From Chromatiaceae bacterium (GTDB taxonomy: Bacteria; Pseudomonadota; Gammaproteobacteria; Chromatiales; Chromatiaceae): DNA of 64,000 nt. The translations under genes and the position numbers were made by a program. Under the pieces are notes generated by a model that made no database searches, was not told the origin of the DNA, and saw nothing but the letters and a program-made list of their open reading frames with translations. Numbering within the stretch: the stretch's first letter is position 1; every line of letters begins with the position of its first letter. The stretch covers positions 811 through 64,810 of the forward strand of contig JALOTB010000024.1 of assembly GCA_025458165.1 (NCBI GenBank). The letters are read 5' to 3'. Below, one piece after another: positions 42,844 to 51,976 of this stretch.

Positions 42844-44565
42844 CTACACGCGCGCGAGCGACGGGGCGCGCGGCGCGGACTCCTGCAGGTGCACCGTGAG
42901 CTGGTCGAAGGGGATGCCCCACCCATAGCGGTTGCAGGCCTCCACCGCCGTGCGCTGTAGGAATCGGCGGATCGACCAGTAGTGCTCCGCCGCGGCGCCG
43001 CGGAAGACGCCGACGACGATGAGGTCGAGCGAGGAGCTCGCGGCCTCGTTGAAGTCTACCACCATGTCTTTGAGGTGCCGGCGGAAGACCTGATCCTCCA
43101 GCCGTTCCTCCAGGTGCGCCCGCAGCCGATCGACGACGGTCGAGAGGATCTCCCCCTGATGGCGGTAGTCGAGACCGACGGTCACCGGGACCGCGAAGCC
43201 ATCGGTCGAGAGGTTACGCGGGCGCTGGGCGAGGTAGTCGGCGACCGGGTAGGTCTTGGTCGAACCCACCACCTGAAGCTCCACCACCTCGGGGGTCTGG
43301 ACCAGCACCTTGCCGAAGACGTCGCCGTCGAGGATGACGAAGTCGTTCTCGCGGCTGGGGAACCAGGGCTCGTCCTTGAGATACTGGCGCGACTGGAGCT
43401 TCTCCATCTCCTCGATCGGGACGCGGATGGTCCCTCCCCTCAGCAGCGGATTGTGCAGAGTGGAGAAGAAATTGAGCGACTTGATGCGCCAGGGAATGCC
43501 GTTATAGACGACGCGCTCGCCCTCCCTCACCCCGCCCATGTTGAGCAGGATGCGGATCTCGCCGACGTAGCGCGGGAGTGAGCTGCGCAGCGTGATCGCG
43601 GCCCCGAGCAGGAACAGGATCAGCAGGCCGAGGATCAGCCAATCGCCCCGCACCCAGAGCGCGACCATCGCGCCAAAGAGGGCGAGCACGACCGAGGCGG
43701 CACGAAAGATGATCCCACCGGCCTTGGCGAGCCGGCGCGCCCGCGCGGCCTCCCGGCGCTGCAGCCGGCTCCCGACGACACCACCAAGCCCCGCGAGCAG
43801 GGCGTAGGTGAGGACGAAGGTCCCGACCGCGAGCAGGATGTTGAGACCTCGGCCGGCGAAGAATTGTCGGACCACCTCGGTGATGCCCCGGCCGTCTTCC
43901 TCCGGCGCAAGGAGGCGCTCGAGTTGGGTGTCGATGAGCTGGAGCCGGCTCTCGGCGTCGGCGCGGCGGCTCTGCCAGTCGTACTCGAGGGACTTGAGGA
44001 CCTCCTGGACCGCCTCGGCGTCGGTGTTGGCCTGGGTCTGCCCGATCTTGGCGAGCGCGCGGTCGGCGGTCTCCAACCGCTCCTGGTAGATCTCCCGCTC
44101 GCTGCGCAGCCGCTCGATGGTGCGCGGGCGCTCCGTCATCCGCTTGACCTCTTCGAGCAGGGGACGCAGGACGTCCTCGAGCTCGGCCTGCCAGTCGAAC
44201 GGCTTCGACTCCTTCGGCTCCTCCAGCTTATCGACCGTCGCACCGCCCGTCGCCAGCTCGGCGAAGGAGGCGCGCAGCTCGCCGATGCGGCGCTCGACAC
44301 GCTTGAGGTCCTCCTGGACCTCGGCGATCTCGGACTCCGAGGCATCGGCCGGGGGGCGGGTGCGCAGGGCGGCCCGCTCCGCCTCGGCCGTCTCGATCGA
44401 CGCCAGGATCCCAAGCAGCCGCTCCTGGACCGAGGGCGCCGGGGGCGGTGACGCCTCCACGGGGCCCGACTCGGTGACGCCGGGCTCGGCGAGTGGCTCG
44501 GCAGGGTGGGCGTGGAACGATGGGGACAGAAGCCCCACTAGGGCGAAGAGGACTGGTAACGGCAT
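42844..44565 (-). CDS. mechanosensitive ion channel (MscS family) with a periplasmic coiled-coil N-terminal domain
   Basis: Signal-like start MPLPVLFALVGLLSPSFHA. Transmembrane helices are followed by GGVREGERVVYNGIPWRIKSLNFFSTLHNPLLRGGTIRVPIEEM, the MscS beta-domain pattern. Confidence 0.78.
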   Translation of the reverse strand: MPLPVLFALVGLLSPSFHAHPAEPLAEPGVTESGPVEASPPPAPSVQERLLGILASIETAEAERAALRTRPPADASESEIAEVQEDLKRVERRIGELRASFAELATGGATVDKLEEPKESKPFDWQAELEDVLRPLLEEVKRMTERPRTIERLRSEREIYQERLETADRALAKIGQTQANTDAEAVQEVLKSLEYDWQSRRADAESRLQLIDTQLERLLAPEEDGRGITEVVRQFFAGRGLNILLAVGTFVLTYALLAGLGGVVGSRLQRREAARARRLAKAGGIIFRAASVVLALFGAMVALWVRGDWLILGLLILFLLGAAITLRSSLPRYVGEIRILLNMGGVREGERVVYNGIPWRIKSLNFFSTLHNPLLRGGTIRVPIEEMEKLQSRQYLKDEPWFPSRENDFVILDGDVFGKVLVQTPEVVELQVVGSTKTYPVADYLAQRPRNLSTDGFAVPVTVGLDYRHQGEILSTVVDRLRAHLEERLEDQVFRRHLKDMVVDFNEAASSSLDLIVVGVFRGAAAEHYWSIRRFLQRTAVEACNRYGWGIPFDQLTVHLQESAPRAPSLARV

Positions 44566-44722
44566 CAGGACATTCACTCTCGTTGTCGACGCGGAGCAAC
44601 GGCCAAAGACCGCCCTCCCGCGTCTCGGATCGCAGTGGTGAAACCCTAGCCTGAGGGTCGGGTGCCGCGATGGCAACCCGGGGGACCCAGTCAGCCCTGT
44701 GGGCGTGAAGGATCCAGGCGGA

Positions 44723-45700
44723 TCAGGCGACGCTCTGGTAGTACAGATTCTGGGGGTGCCGCGCCTCGGCGAAGAAATACCAGCGCTCAGCGAGGAGACC
44801 CAGATACTGCAGCAGGAACGCGGCAAGCGGCAGGGTTGCCGATTCGATCCCATAGGCCACCGCGATCAGTACGATCGGCAGGGGGAAGACCAGTACGAGA
44901 AATGCCCCCCGCACCAGGCTGAGGGTCCGCGCACCCCGGCCATGGAAGAACTCCCGCGTGTTGAACGACCCGCCGGTGGCGCCCTGGGCCTTCTGCGCAA
45001 TGGCCTTGTGACGAACGCCGATTGCCGACTGCAAGTTGCTCTTGTGCTTGAGACGCCGGTTGCGAACCAGGGACGCCGCGCGGGTGATCAGGCCAAGCAG
45101 GGTCGCGGTAACCGCCCAGGTCCCGAAGAATCCCACCAGCTCATTCCCGAGCCATGCGGAGTACGCCGCCGCCAGCATGAAGCCCGAGGCGAGCCCGAGG
45201 AAGGTGAAATTGGCGACCGTAAGCGGCGAGTGCCACTCCTCCAGGAAGCGCACGCTGGCATAGATCATGGCCGTGCACACGAACAGGGCGAAGGCCGCGA
45301 TGGTTCCAAGCAGACCCAGGATCAACGTGACATCGAGCGGCAAGATCCCGCCGACCACAATCAGCGGCTGCGTGAGACCCAGCCAATGCGCAAGGCCATA
45401 GGCCGCGACCAACGCCATGGTGATGGGCAGCACGATCACCTCACGCGACAGCCAGGAGGTGCGCCACTGACTCGCCGCCCGCCACGCACGCTCCGGCCGG
45501 CCGAGGTGAAAGAACGACGCCAGCAGCCCCAGGACCAGCAGCGCCAGGGCAATCAGGCTCCCGCCCGCATAAAAGCGCTCGCTCTGCGCCGGCAACAGGT
45601 GCGCCAGGGCATAGAGCTGCCCGGTGAAGAGCGCCAGGAACAACCCCTGACCCGCACCCAGTAGCGTGGTGAGAAAGATGACCGAAAAGGCGGGATGCAT
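44723..45700 (-). CDS. DmsC/NrfD-like membrane anchor subunit of a DMSO-reductase-family enzyme (SoeC-like)
   Basis: 325 aa, polytopic. The N-terminus MHPAFSVIFLTTLLGAGQGLFLAL is typical of the DmsC family. It lies downstream of the Fe-S and molybdopterin subunits. Confidence 0.8.
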   Translation of the reverse strand: MHPAFSVIFLTTLLGAGQGLFLALFTGQLYALAHLLPAQSERFYAGGSLIALALLVLGLLASFFHLGRPERAWRAASQWRTSWLSREVIVLPITMALVAAYGLAHWLGLTQPLIVVGGILPLDVTLILGLLGTIAAFALFVCTAMIYASVRFLEEWHSPLTVANFTFLGLASGFMLAAAYSAWLGNELVGFFGTWAVTATLLGLITRAASLVRNRRLKHKSNLQSAIGVRHKAIAQKAQGATGGSFNTREFFHGRGARTLSLVRGAFLVLVFPLPIVLIAVAYGIESATLPLAAFLLQYLGLLAERWYFFAEARHPQNLYYQSVA

Positions 45701-45720
45701 CTGTAGTCTCCGGGTTTCCT

Positions 45721-45998
45721 TGGCGGATAGCGATTAGCGGATAGCGATTAGCGGGTAGGGTTCAGCGGATAGCCGCGTATCGTTAGTCACGAGTCGACAA
45801 TCGATCAAACGACGCACACGGTCGTTGTCGTTGTCGGAGGAGCGATGCAGTTCGGGCGCGAGAGACCGAGGCGCTACGGTGTGCGCGATTACGATTACGA
45901 CAACGGTAATGGCGATGAAGACAGCTCCCGGTGGACGTTGTTAAGCTATCAGTGAGCCGTTATCAATCGCTAATCACTACCCGCTATCCCCTACGCTC
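45721..45998. repeat. MITE/REP-like repeat element in the intergenic space between the anchor and Fe-S subunit genes
   Basis: Four tandem 14-bp units start at 45723 (gcggatagcgatta x2, then gcgggtagggttca and gcggatagccgcgt). Related motifs occur in inverted orientation at 45964-45996. The core carries cgttgtcgttgtcg ... cgattacgattacgacaacg, related to the 5443-5512 hairpin. Confidence 0.5.
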
Positions 45999-46000
45999 AC

Positions 46001-46723
46001 TCACCAAGCCAGATCGTCGATCGTCTCCTCACCCGTGTAGGTGGTGAGATCCTCGCGGCGCAGCGGGTTGTCGGCGCGTACCAGCTCGTCGGGGGCGATG
46101 TGGATACGTGTCTTCTGGCGCGGCAGGTAGTGGTTGGCCGGTTTGGTGCCCCACTCCGGCATGAGCTGGTAGCCGCCGCGCTCGCGGATCGCGACCGAGA
46201 CCTCCGAATCGGGGTCGTGCACGTCGCCGAACAGGCGGGCGCTGGTCGGGCAGGCCAGCACGCAGGCCGGCTTGCGCTCGCGCTCCGGCAGGCTGAGGTC
46301 AGTGATCCGGTCGATGCAAAGCGTGCACTTCTTCATCACCCGCTGCTGGTCGTCGAGCTCACGGGCACCATAGGGGCAGGCCCAAGAGCAGTATTTACAG
46401 CCGATGCACTTGTCGTAGTCGACCAGCACGATGCCGTCCTGCGGTCGCTTGTACGAGGCCCCGGTGGGACAGACCGGGACACAGGGCGGCTCCTCGCAGT
46501 GCAGGCAGCTCTTGGGAAAGTGCACAGTCTCCGTGGTGGGGAAGGTCCCGACCTCGAACGTCTGCACGCGATTGAAGAAGGTCCCGGTAGGGTCCGCGTC
46601 GTAGGGGTTGTAATCCGCCATGGGCCCGGCCCAACCCGAAGTGTTCCACTGCTTGCATGAGGTCACGCAGGCGTGGCAGCCGACGCAGACGTTGAGATCG
46701 ATGACGAGGGCGAGCTGGGTCAT
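46001..46723 (-). CDS. 4Fe-4S ferredoxin-type electron-transfer subunit of a DMSO-reductase-family enzyme (SoeB-like)
   Basis: LVIDLNVCVGCHACVTSCKQWN, CLHCEEPPCVPVCPTGA, CIGCKYCSWACPYGA and CTLCIDR ... PACVLACPTSA give four Cys clusters. Confidence 0.9.
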   Translation of the reverse strand: MTQLALVIDLNVCVGCHACVTSCKQWNTSGWAGPMADYNPYDADPTGTFFNRVQTFEVGTFPTTETVHFPKSCLHCEEPPCVPVCPTGASYKRPQDGIVLVDYDKCIGCKYCSWACPYGARELDDQQRVMKKCTLCIDRITDLSLPERERKPACVLACPTSARLFGDVHDPDSEVSVAIRERGGYQLMPEWGTKPANHYLPRQKTRIHIAPDELVRADNPLRREDLTTYTGEETIDDLAW

Positions 46724-46741
46724 GGGCGAACACCCCGCGGA

Positions 46742-47104
46742 TCAGGTCTCATCGGCGAGCTGGGCCGCGAGATCGACGGGCTCCAGCTCCACACCGGTCA
46801 GCTCGGCGTCCCAGTTGGTGCCGACCAGGGCGTCGTCCTCGTCCATGCCCGGGAGCCACTCGTCGAGGAACCGATCGAGCGGGATGCTCGCCGCGCGATA
46901 GCCGGACCACTCGTCGACGCAGTGCGGCCGCGCAAAGGCTTCGTCAGACCAAAAGGGATAGACCACCGCGTCCTCGTACTCGGCCGACTCGCACACCGCC
47001 CAACCATTGTCCGACTGGAGCCCCCACACCAATCCGGTCTCCCGCACGCGCTGCACGAAGAGCTCGTGGTTCGCCTCTGCGTCCGCCGTCAACATTGTCA
47101 TCAC
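46742..47104 (-). CDS. small cytoplasmic protein, DUF2750-like
   Basis: 120 aa. FVQRVRETGLVWGLQSDNGWAV ... VYPFWSDEAFA ... IPLDRFLDEWLPGMDEDDALVGTNW resembles DUF2750. It lies between the catalytic and Fe-S subunit genes. Confidence 0.45.
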   Translation of the reverse strand: MMTMLTADAEANHELFVQRVRETGLVWGLQSDNGWAVCESAEYEDAVVYPFWSDEAFARPHCVDEWSGYRAASIPLDRFLDEWLPGMDEDDALVGTNWDAELTGVELEPVDLAAQLADET

Positions 47105-47183
47105 CAGTGAATGTGGGTCTCAGCTAGGCAGCGCCCATGCGCCGCGGAGGAGCAAGTTCGTTCTCGGCAAGGTCCCTTCCGGT

Positions 47184-50093
47184 TCATTTCCGCCGAAACC
47201 GGCCCGCGAAGTAGGCCTGCCAGCGGCCCCGGCGGCGCTCCTGGCCGGGAACGCGCGGCATGGGCGGGAACTGGGGCGAGCTGATCTCGGGCTCGCCGGG
47301 GGCGGCCTTGTAGACCCGCACCCGCACGTCAAACCAGGCGGCCTGCCCGGTGACCGGGTCAGAGTTCGAGATGTGCGTCCCCGCCTCGCAGGGCGGCAGC
47401 TCCTCGCTAATCAGGTGGTTCAAGAGGAAGCCCTTGCGCGCCTCGTCGGCCTGTGGGCTCAGGCCCCAGGCCCCGGCGGCCTTGCCGATGGCGTTCCAGG
47501 TCCACACCGTGCCGGGCTCAACGGCCTCGGAAAAGCGGCACAGGCAGCGGACCTTGCCGTGAGGCGACTCGACCCAGATCCAGTCCCCGTCGTCGAAGCC
47601 GTTGGCGGCGCCCACCCGCGGGTTGACGAACAGGTAGTTGTGGCTGTGGATCTGGCGCAGCCAGGCGTTCTGCGAATCCCAACTGTGGTACATCGCCATC
47701 GGCCGCTGGGTCAGCGCGTTCAGGGGATAACGCTGGGTGTCGACCAGCCGGCCCTCCAGCGGCTCGTAGTAGAAGGGCAGCGGGTCGAAGTAGGTCGCGA
47801 CCCGCTTGCGCAGGCGCTCGGGGGGCTGTCGGCCGGGCCACTTGCCCTCGGCGGCGAGGCGGAAGCGCTGCAGGACCTCGGAGTAGACGTTGAGCGTGAT
47901 CGGCTCGGCGTAGCGGGTCATGCCGTGGGCGCGCGCCCAGTGCAGGTAGCCCTTGTTCCAATTGCGCATGTACTGGTAGCTGCGCGGCAGCTCGTAGTGG
48001 AAAACGCAGCCATTGGCGGCGTACATCTCCCACTGCCGCGGGTTGGGCTCGCCCTTGAGGAACTTCTCGCCGCCCTTGCCGCGCCAGCCGGAGAGGAAGC
48101 CGATCCCGGATCCCGGGGAGGTCTCGAAGTTGACGATGAAGTCCGGGTAGTCGCGGTACTTGCGCGCCCCACTCTCGGTCACGAAGGCGGGCAGCTTGAG
48201 GCGGCTACCGAGCTCGATCAGCACGTCCTGGAAGGGCTTGCACTCCCCTTTGGGCGGCAGCACCGGGATACGCACCGAGTCCACCGGGCCGTCGAACTCC
48301 GAGATCGGCCGGTCGAGCATGGAGAGCACGTCGTGCCGCTCCAGATAGCTGGTGTCGGGCAGGACCAGGTCAGCGAAGGCCACCGTCTCGGAGGCGAAGC
48401 TGTCGCACACCACCAGGAAGGGGATCTTGTACTCCCCCTCCGAGTCCTTGTCGGTGAGCATCGCGCGCACCGCGCTGGTGTTCATGCTCGAGTTCCAGGC
48501 CATGTTGGCCATGAACAGGAGCAGGGTGTCGATGGGGTAAGGGTCCCCGCGCCAGGCGTTGGTGATGACGTTGTGCATCAGCCCGTGGGCGGCGAGCGGG
48601 TACTCCCAGGAGAAGGCCTTGTCGATCCGCACCGGCTCACCCGCCTCGTCGACGAAGAGGTCCTCCGGCTTGGCGGGCCAGCCGAGCGGCATACCGTCGA
48701 GCGGGCTGTTCGGGCGCACCGCCTCGGGCCCGCTCGGCGGCTTGGTGCAGGGCGGGATCGGGCGCGGGAAGGGGGCCTTGTGGCGGAACCCCCCGGGGCG
48801 GTCGATCGTGCCCAGCAGGGTCATCAGGATGCCGAGCGCACGGATGCTGTGGAAGCCGTTGGAGTGGGCCGCGAGCCCGCGCATGGCGTGGAACGCGACC
48901 GGATTGCCGGTCACCGAGGCATGCTCGTTGTCCCAGCAATCGGTCCATTGAATCGGCAGCTCGATCCGCTGGTCGCGGGCGGTCACGCCCATCTCGTGGG
49001 CGAGGCGCCGAATGGTGTCCGCCGGGATACCGGTGATACCAGCCGCCCACTCGGGCGTGTAGGCATCCACGCGGTCCTTGAGAAGCTGGAACGCGGGCTT
49101 GACCGGGGTGCCGTCGTCCAACGTGTAGCTACCGAGCAAGCGGGGGTCGGCGCCCGGGGTATGGGTACCGACGGCGCCGATCTCGGGGTCCCACCAGAGC
49201 TTGTTCTCGGGGTCGAAGCAGCCCTCCTCCACGTGCATCTCGAAGCGGTAGAAGAGCCCGTGGTTATCCCGCGCCGGGTCGTCCACGACCAGCTCCGCCG
49301 AGTTGGTGTACTGCACCAGGAAGTCGCGGTCGTAGAGCCCCTGCTTGATGATCTCGTGGATGACGGCGAGAAGCAGTGCCCCATCGGTCCCCGGCTTGAT
49401 CGGCACCCACTCGTCGGCGATCGCCGAATAGCCGGTGCGGATGGGGTTGATCGAGACGAAGCGCCCGCCCCGCCGCTTGAGCTTGGAGATGGCGATCTTC
49501 AAGGGGTTGGAGTGATGGTCCTCGGCGGTGCCGATCATCACGAAGAGCTTGGCGCGGTCGAGGTCGGGCCCGCCGAACTCCCAGAACGAGCCGCCGATGG
49601 TGTAGATCAGGCCGGCGGCCATGTTGACCGAGCAGAAGCCGCCATGGGCGGCGTAGTTCGGGGTACCGAACTGCTTGGCGAAGAGCCCCGTCAGCGCCTG
49701 CATCTGGTCGCGCCCGGTGAACAGCGCGAGACGCTTGGGGTCCTCGGAGCGGATGCGGCCCAGACGCTCCTCCAGCAATGCGAAGACCTGCTCCCAGGAG
49801 ATCGGCTCGAACTGGGCCTCGCCGCGCTCGGCCCCGGCCTTGCGCCGCAGCGGCTGGGTGAGGCGCGCGGGGGAGTACTGCTTCATGATCCCCGAGGAGC
49901 CCTTGGCGCAGATTACCCCTTGGTTCAGTGGGTGATCGGGGTTGCCCTCGATATAGCGCACCTCGCCGTCACGCAGGTGCACCCGGATGCCGCAGCGGCA
50001 GGCGCACATGTAGCAGGTGGTCTCCTTGACCTCGACCCGCCCCATGTCTCGATCCGAGCAAGTGGTGGGATCCCGCATGGACACCCTCGGCAA
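47184..50093 (-). CDS. molybdopterin (bis-MGD) oxidoreductase catalytic subunit without a Tat signal (SoeA-like)
   Basis: The N-terminal FS0 cluster motif is CYMCACRCGIRVHLRDGEVRYIEGNPDHPLNQGVICAKG. 969 aa. No twin-arginine leader is present. An alternative start is the ATG at 50045. Confidence 0.9.
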   Translation of the reverse strand: MPRVSMRDPTTCSDRDMGRVEVKETTCYMCACRCGIRVHLRDGEVRYIEGNPDHPLNQGVICAKGSSGIMKQYSPARLTQPLRRKAGAERGEAQFEPISWEQVFALLEERLGRIRSEDPKRLALFTGRDQMQALTGLFAKQFGTPNYAAHGGFCSVNMAAGLIYTIGGSFWEFGGPDLDRAKLFVMIGTAEDHHSNPLKIAISKLKRRGGRFVSINPIRTGYSAIADEWVPIKPGTDGALLLAVIHEIIKQGLYDRDFLVQYTNSAELVVDDPARDNHGLFYRFEMHVEEGCFDPENKLWWDPEIGAVGTHTPGADPRLLGSYTLDDGTPVKPAFQLLKDRVDAYTPEWAAGITGIPADTIRRLAHEMGVTARDQRIELPIQWTDCWDNEHASVTGNPVAFHAMRGLAAHSNGFHSIRALGILMTLLGTIDRPGGFRHKAPFPRPIPPCTKPPSGPEAVRPNSPLDGMPLGWPAKPEDLFVDEAGEPVRIDKAFSWEYPLAAHGLMHNVITNAWRGDPYPIDTLLLFMANMAWNSSMNTSAVRAMLTDKDSEGEYKIPFLVVCDSFASETVAFADLVLPDTSYLERHDVLSMLDRPISEFDGPVDSVRIPVLPPKGECKPFQDVLIELGSRLKLPAFVTESGARKYRDYPDFIVNFETSPGSGIGFLSGWRGKGGEKFLKGEPNPRQWEMYAANGCVFHYELPRSYQYMRNWNKGYLHWARAHGMTRYAEPITLNVYSEVLQRFRLAAEGKWPGRQPPERLRKRVATYFDPLPFYYEPLEGRLVDTQRYPLNALTQRPMAMYHSWDSQNAWLRQIHSHNYLFVNPRVGAANGFDDGDWIWVESPHGKVRCLCRFSEAVEPGTVWTWNAIGKAAGAWGLSPQADEARKGFLLNHLISEELPPCEAGTHISNSDPVTGQAAWFDVRVRVYKAAPGEPEISSPQFPPMPRVPGQERRRGRWQAYFAGRFRRK

Positions 50094-50273
50094 CTGACAA
50101 GCACTTCGCTACATTCTAATGTTCCTAAGGGAGTGCGGGCAAACGCGACCGGCCGCCCTGGTTTGCAAAGGGTGCAGATTCAGCGCCCCCGTCGGGCGGC
50201 GCCAGAGACGCGAAAGGGCCGTTGCCGGCCCTTTCGTCCCCACCCCCGTGTCCGCTGGACGCGGCTTATCGGG

Positions 50274-50537
50274 TTAAGCGTGCCCGGAGAGGCGAGCCTG
50301 CAGCCGGTTGCTCTCCTGATACACGTCGAGTTCGAAGAAGTGCCGCAGCACCCCCAATGCCTCGTCGAGGCTGCTGCAGCCCCACTCGTCGACGACGCAG
50401 TGGTTGCTCCAATCCTCAACACGGAAGCAGCCATGCCCGCCCCGCTGCGCACACTGTGCGTCGAAGCGCAGCCGGAAGCCGCTCCCCGTCTTCGGGTTCC
50501 ATTTATAGCGAATCACGTTGTCCTGCTCGTAAAACAT
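50274..50537 (-). CDS. hypothetical small Cys-containing protein
   Basis: 87 aa from the ATG at 50537, preceded by ggaagg. The longer ORF extension into the AT-richer spacer looks non-coding. No family was recognised. Confidence 0.4.
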   Translation of the reverse strand: MFYEQDNVIRYKWNPKTGSGFRLRFDAQCAQRGGHGCFRVEDWSNHCVVDEWGCSSLDEALGVLRHFFELDVYQESNRLQARLSGHA

Positions 50538-50828
50538 CTCTGACCTTCCCACTCTCGTTTGTCTGCTGTCTGTGCGATGCCGGGATGGCGTTGCCACACC
50601 ATCTGTCTTACAGACCCAGTATTGACCAAAAAAATCCGCCCTGCCGGGCCAAAGTGTTGACTTTTTGTCACAAGTCAACTCTACGTCGAATAGTTTAGGG
50701 ATTCTGCCGACCTCTTCGCAACTTCCTAAAAAAACTGAGCCCCCAATGTAACAAAACTGCAACGAACAACCACAGACCGGCCGGCAGCGGTCTGCGCGAG
50801 CCTGTCTGTTGCGTCATTGATACGGGTG

Positions 50829-51923
50829 TTACGGGCGTGGCACCAGCGGCGGCGAGAGGCCCAAGTCAAGCGGATCGGCGGGGTCGACCCCATCCATGAA
50901 CGGAAGCCGCCGGTTACTGTTGGTGATCTGATAGATCTTCCCCATCCAGTTGCCGACCACGCCCTCGGCGGTGTCGTGCCAGGTGTTGTCGAGCCCAGCG
51001 GCGATGCGGTCCTCCGGGACCTCGGGAACGGGCCGACCGATCGCAAGCGACGCCAGGATGCGGTCGCGGTGCTCGTCGAGGACGGCCCGGTCGCGCAGCC
51101 GGATGTAGTTCTCCGGGAACGGCGGATAGTCGGGTCGGTCGCCGGCGACGAAGCGGCCGACCTCGCGCTTGTACTCCTTGAGCAGGGAGACGGTGTCGTA
51201 CTCTGGGTGGCCCTGGAAGAAGACCAGTCGGAAGCCGTCCTCGCTGACCGCGAGGTGCACGCCTGCCTCCTCGCTCTCGGCGAGGACGTGGAGGCCCGCG
51301 GCGTCGAACTGCTCGCGGCTGATCTCGTTGAAGCGTGAGTGCGGGACGTCGAAGCGGGTGTTGACGTCATTGACCAACGGGTGCCCGCGACTGACCACGC
51401 GGTGGACATACACCCCCCAACGTTTGGCTGGCAGCGGACGACGCCGTTGCCCGTAGCGGAACTGGAGCACCGCATGGGTGGCGAGGCAGGAGCAGAGCGT
51501 CGAGGTCACGTTGGCCAGAGACCAGTCGATGACCTCGATCAGCGGCCCCCAGAAGGGCTCCTGCGCAAGATCCGGGTGGGTCACGTTGGCCCCGGTGATA
51601 ATCAGCGCATCCAGCCCCTCCTCGCGGATACGATCGAAGGGCTCGTAGTAACGCGCGATGTGGGCGCGTGCCGCCTGCGAGCGCTCCAACCCGTCGAGCG
51701 TGAAGGGGTGGACGTAGAACTGGGCGATCTGGTTGCTTTCGTTGATCAGCCGGAAGAACTGCCGCTCGGTCGCCGCCAGCGCTGCGTCGGGCATGATGTT
51801 GAGCAGCCCGATGTGCAACTCGCGGATGTCCTGGTGTAGGGCGCGGTCGGGGTCGAGGATGGTCTGACCCTCGGCGCGCAGGCGAGCGAAGGTTGGAAGC
51901 TCGGTATGGGCGACGATGGGCAT
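50829..51923 (-). CDS. metA: homoserine O-acyltransferase, MetA family
   Basis: MPIVAHTELP ... IRELHIGLLNIMPD ... DALIITGA ... NVTSTLCSCLATHA ... PHSRFNEI ... FFQGHPEYD parallels E. coli MetA throughout. Confidence 0.9.
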   Translation of the reverse strand: MPIVAHTELPTFARLRAEGQTILDPDRALHQDIRELHIGLLNIMPDAALAATERQFFRLINESNQIAQFYVHPFTLDGLERSQAARAHIARYYEPFDRIREEGLDALIITGANVTHPDLAQEPFWGPLIEVIDWSLANVTSTLCSCLATHAVLQFRYGQRRRPLPAKRWGVYVHRVVSRGHPLVNDVNTRFDVPHSRFNEISREQFDAAGLHVLAESEEAGVHLAVSEDGFRLVFFQGHPEYDTVSLLKEYKREVGRFVAGDRPDYPPFPENYIRLRDRAVLDEHRDRILASLAIGRPVPEVPEDRIAAGLDNTWHDTAEGVVGNWMGKIYQITNSNRRLPFMDGVDPADPLDLGLSPPLVPRP

Positions 51924-51976
51924 GGCGGTCGACCTGGCGGTGGGCTAGACGGGACGGGCGGCGGGCTCGCGCCGCG

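Noticed and set aside
45723-45778. Four tandem 14-bp repeats that could be mistaken for a mini CRISPR array or VNTR.
   Set aside because: The units are contiguous with no spacers and far shorter than CRISPR repeats. No cas genes are present. They are better explained as the terminal repeats of a MITE/REP-like element.
50656-50679. The inverted repeat GTTGACTT-N8-AAGTCAAC in the AT-richer spacer between metA and the small Cys-containing ORF, together with a possible metA terminator hairpin at 50773-50794.
   Set aside because: The arms are only 8 bp. No associated -10/-35 arrangement could be placed. The terminator stem is short (7 bp) with a weak T-tract. Both were noted but are too weak to call as features.
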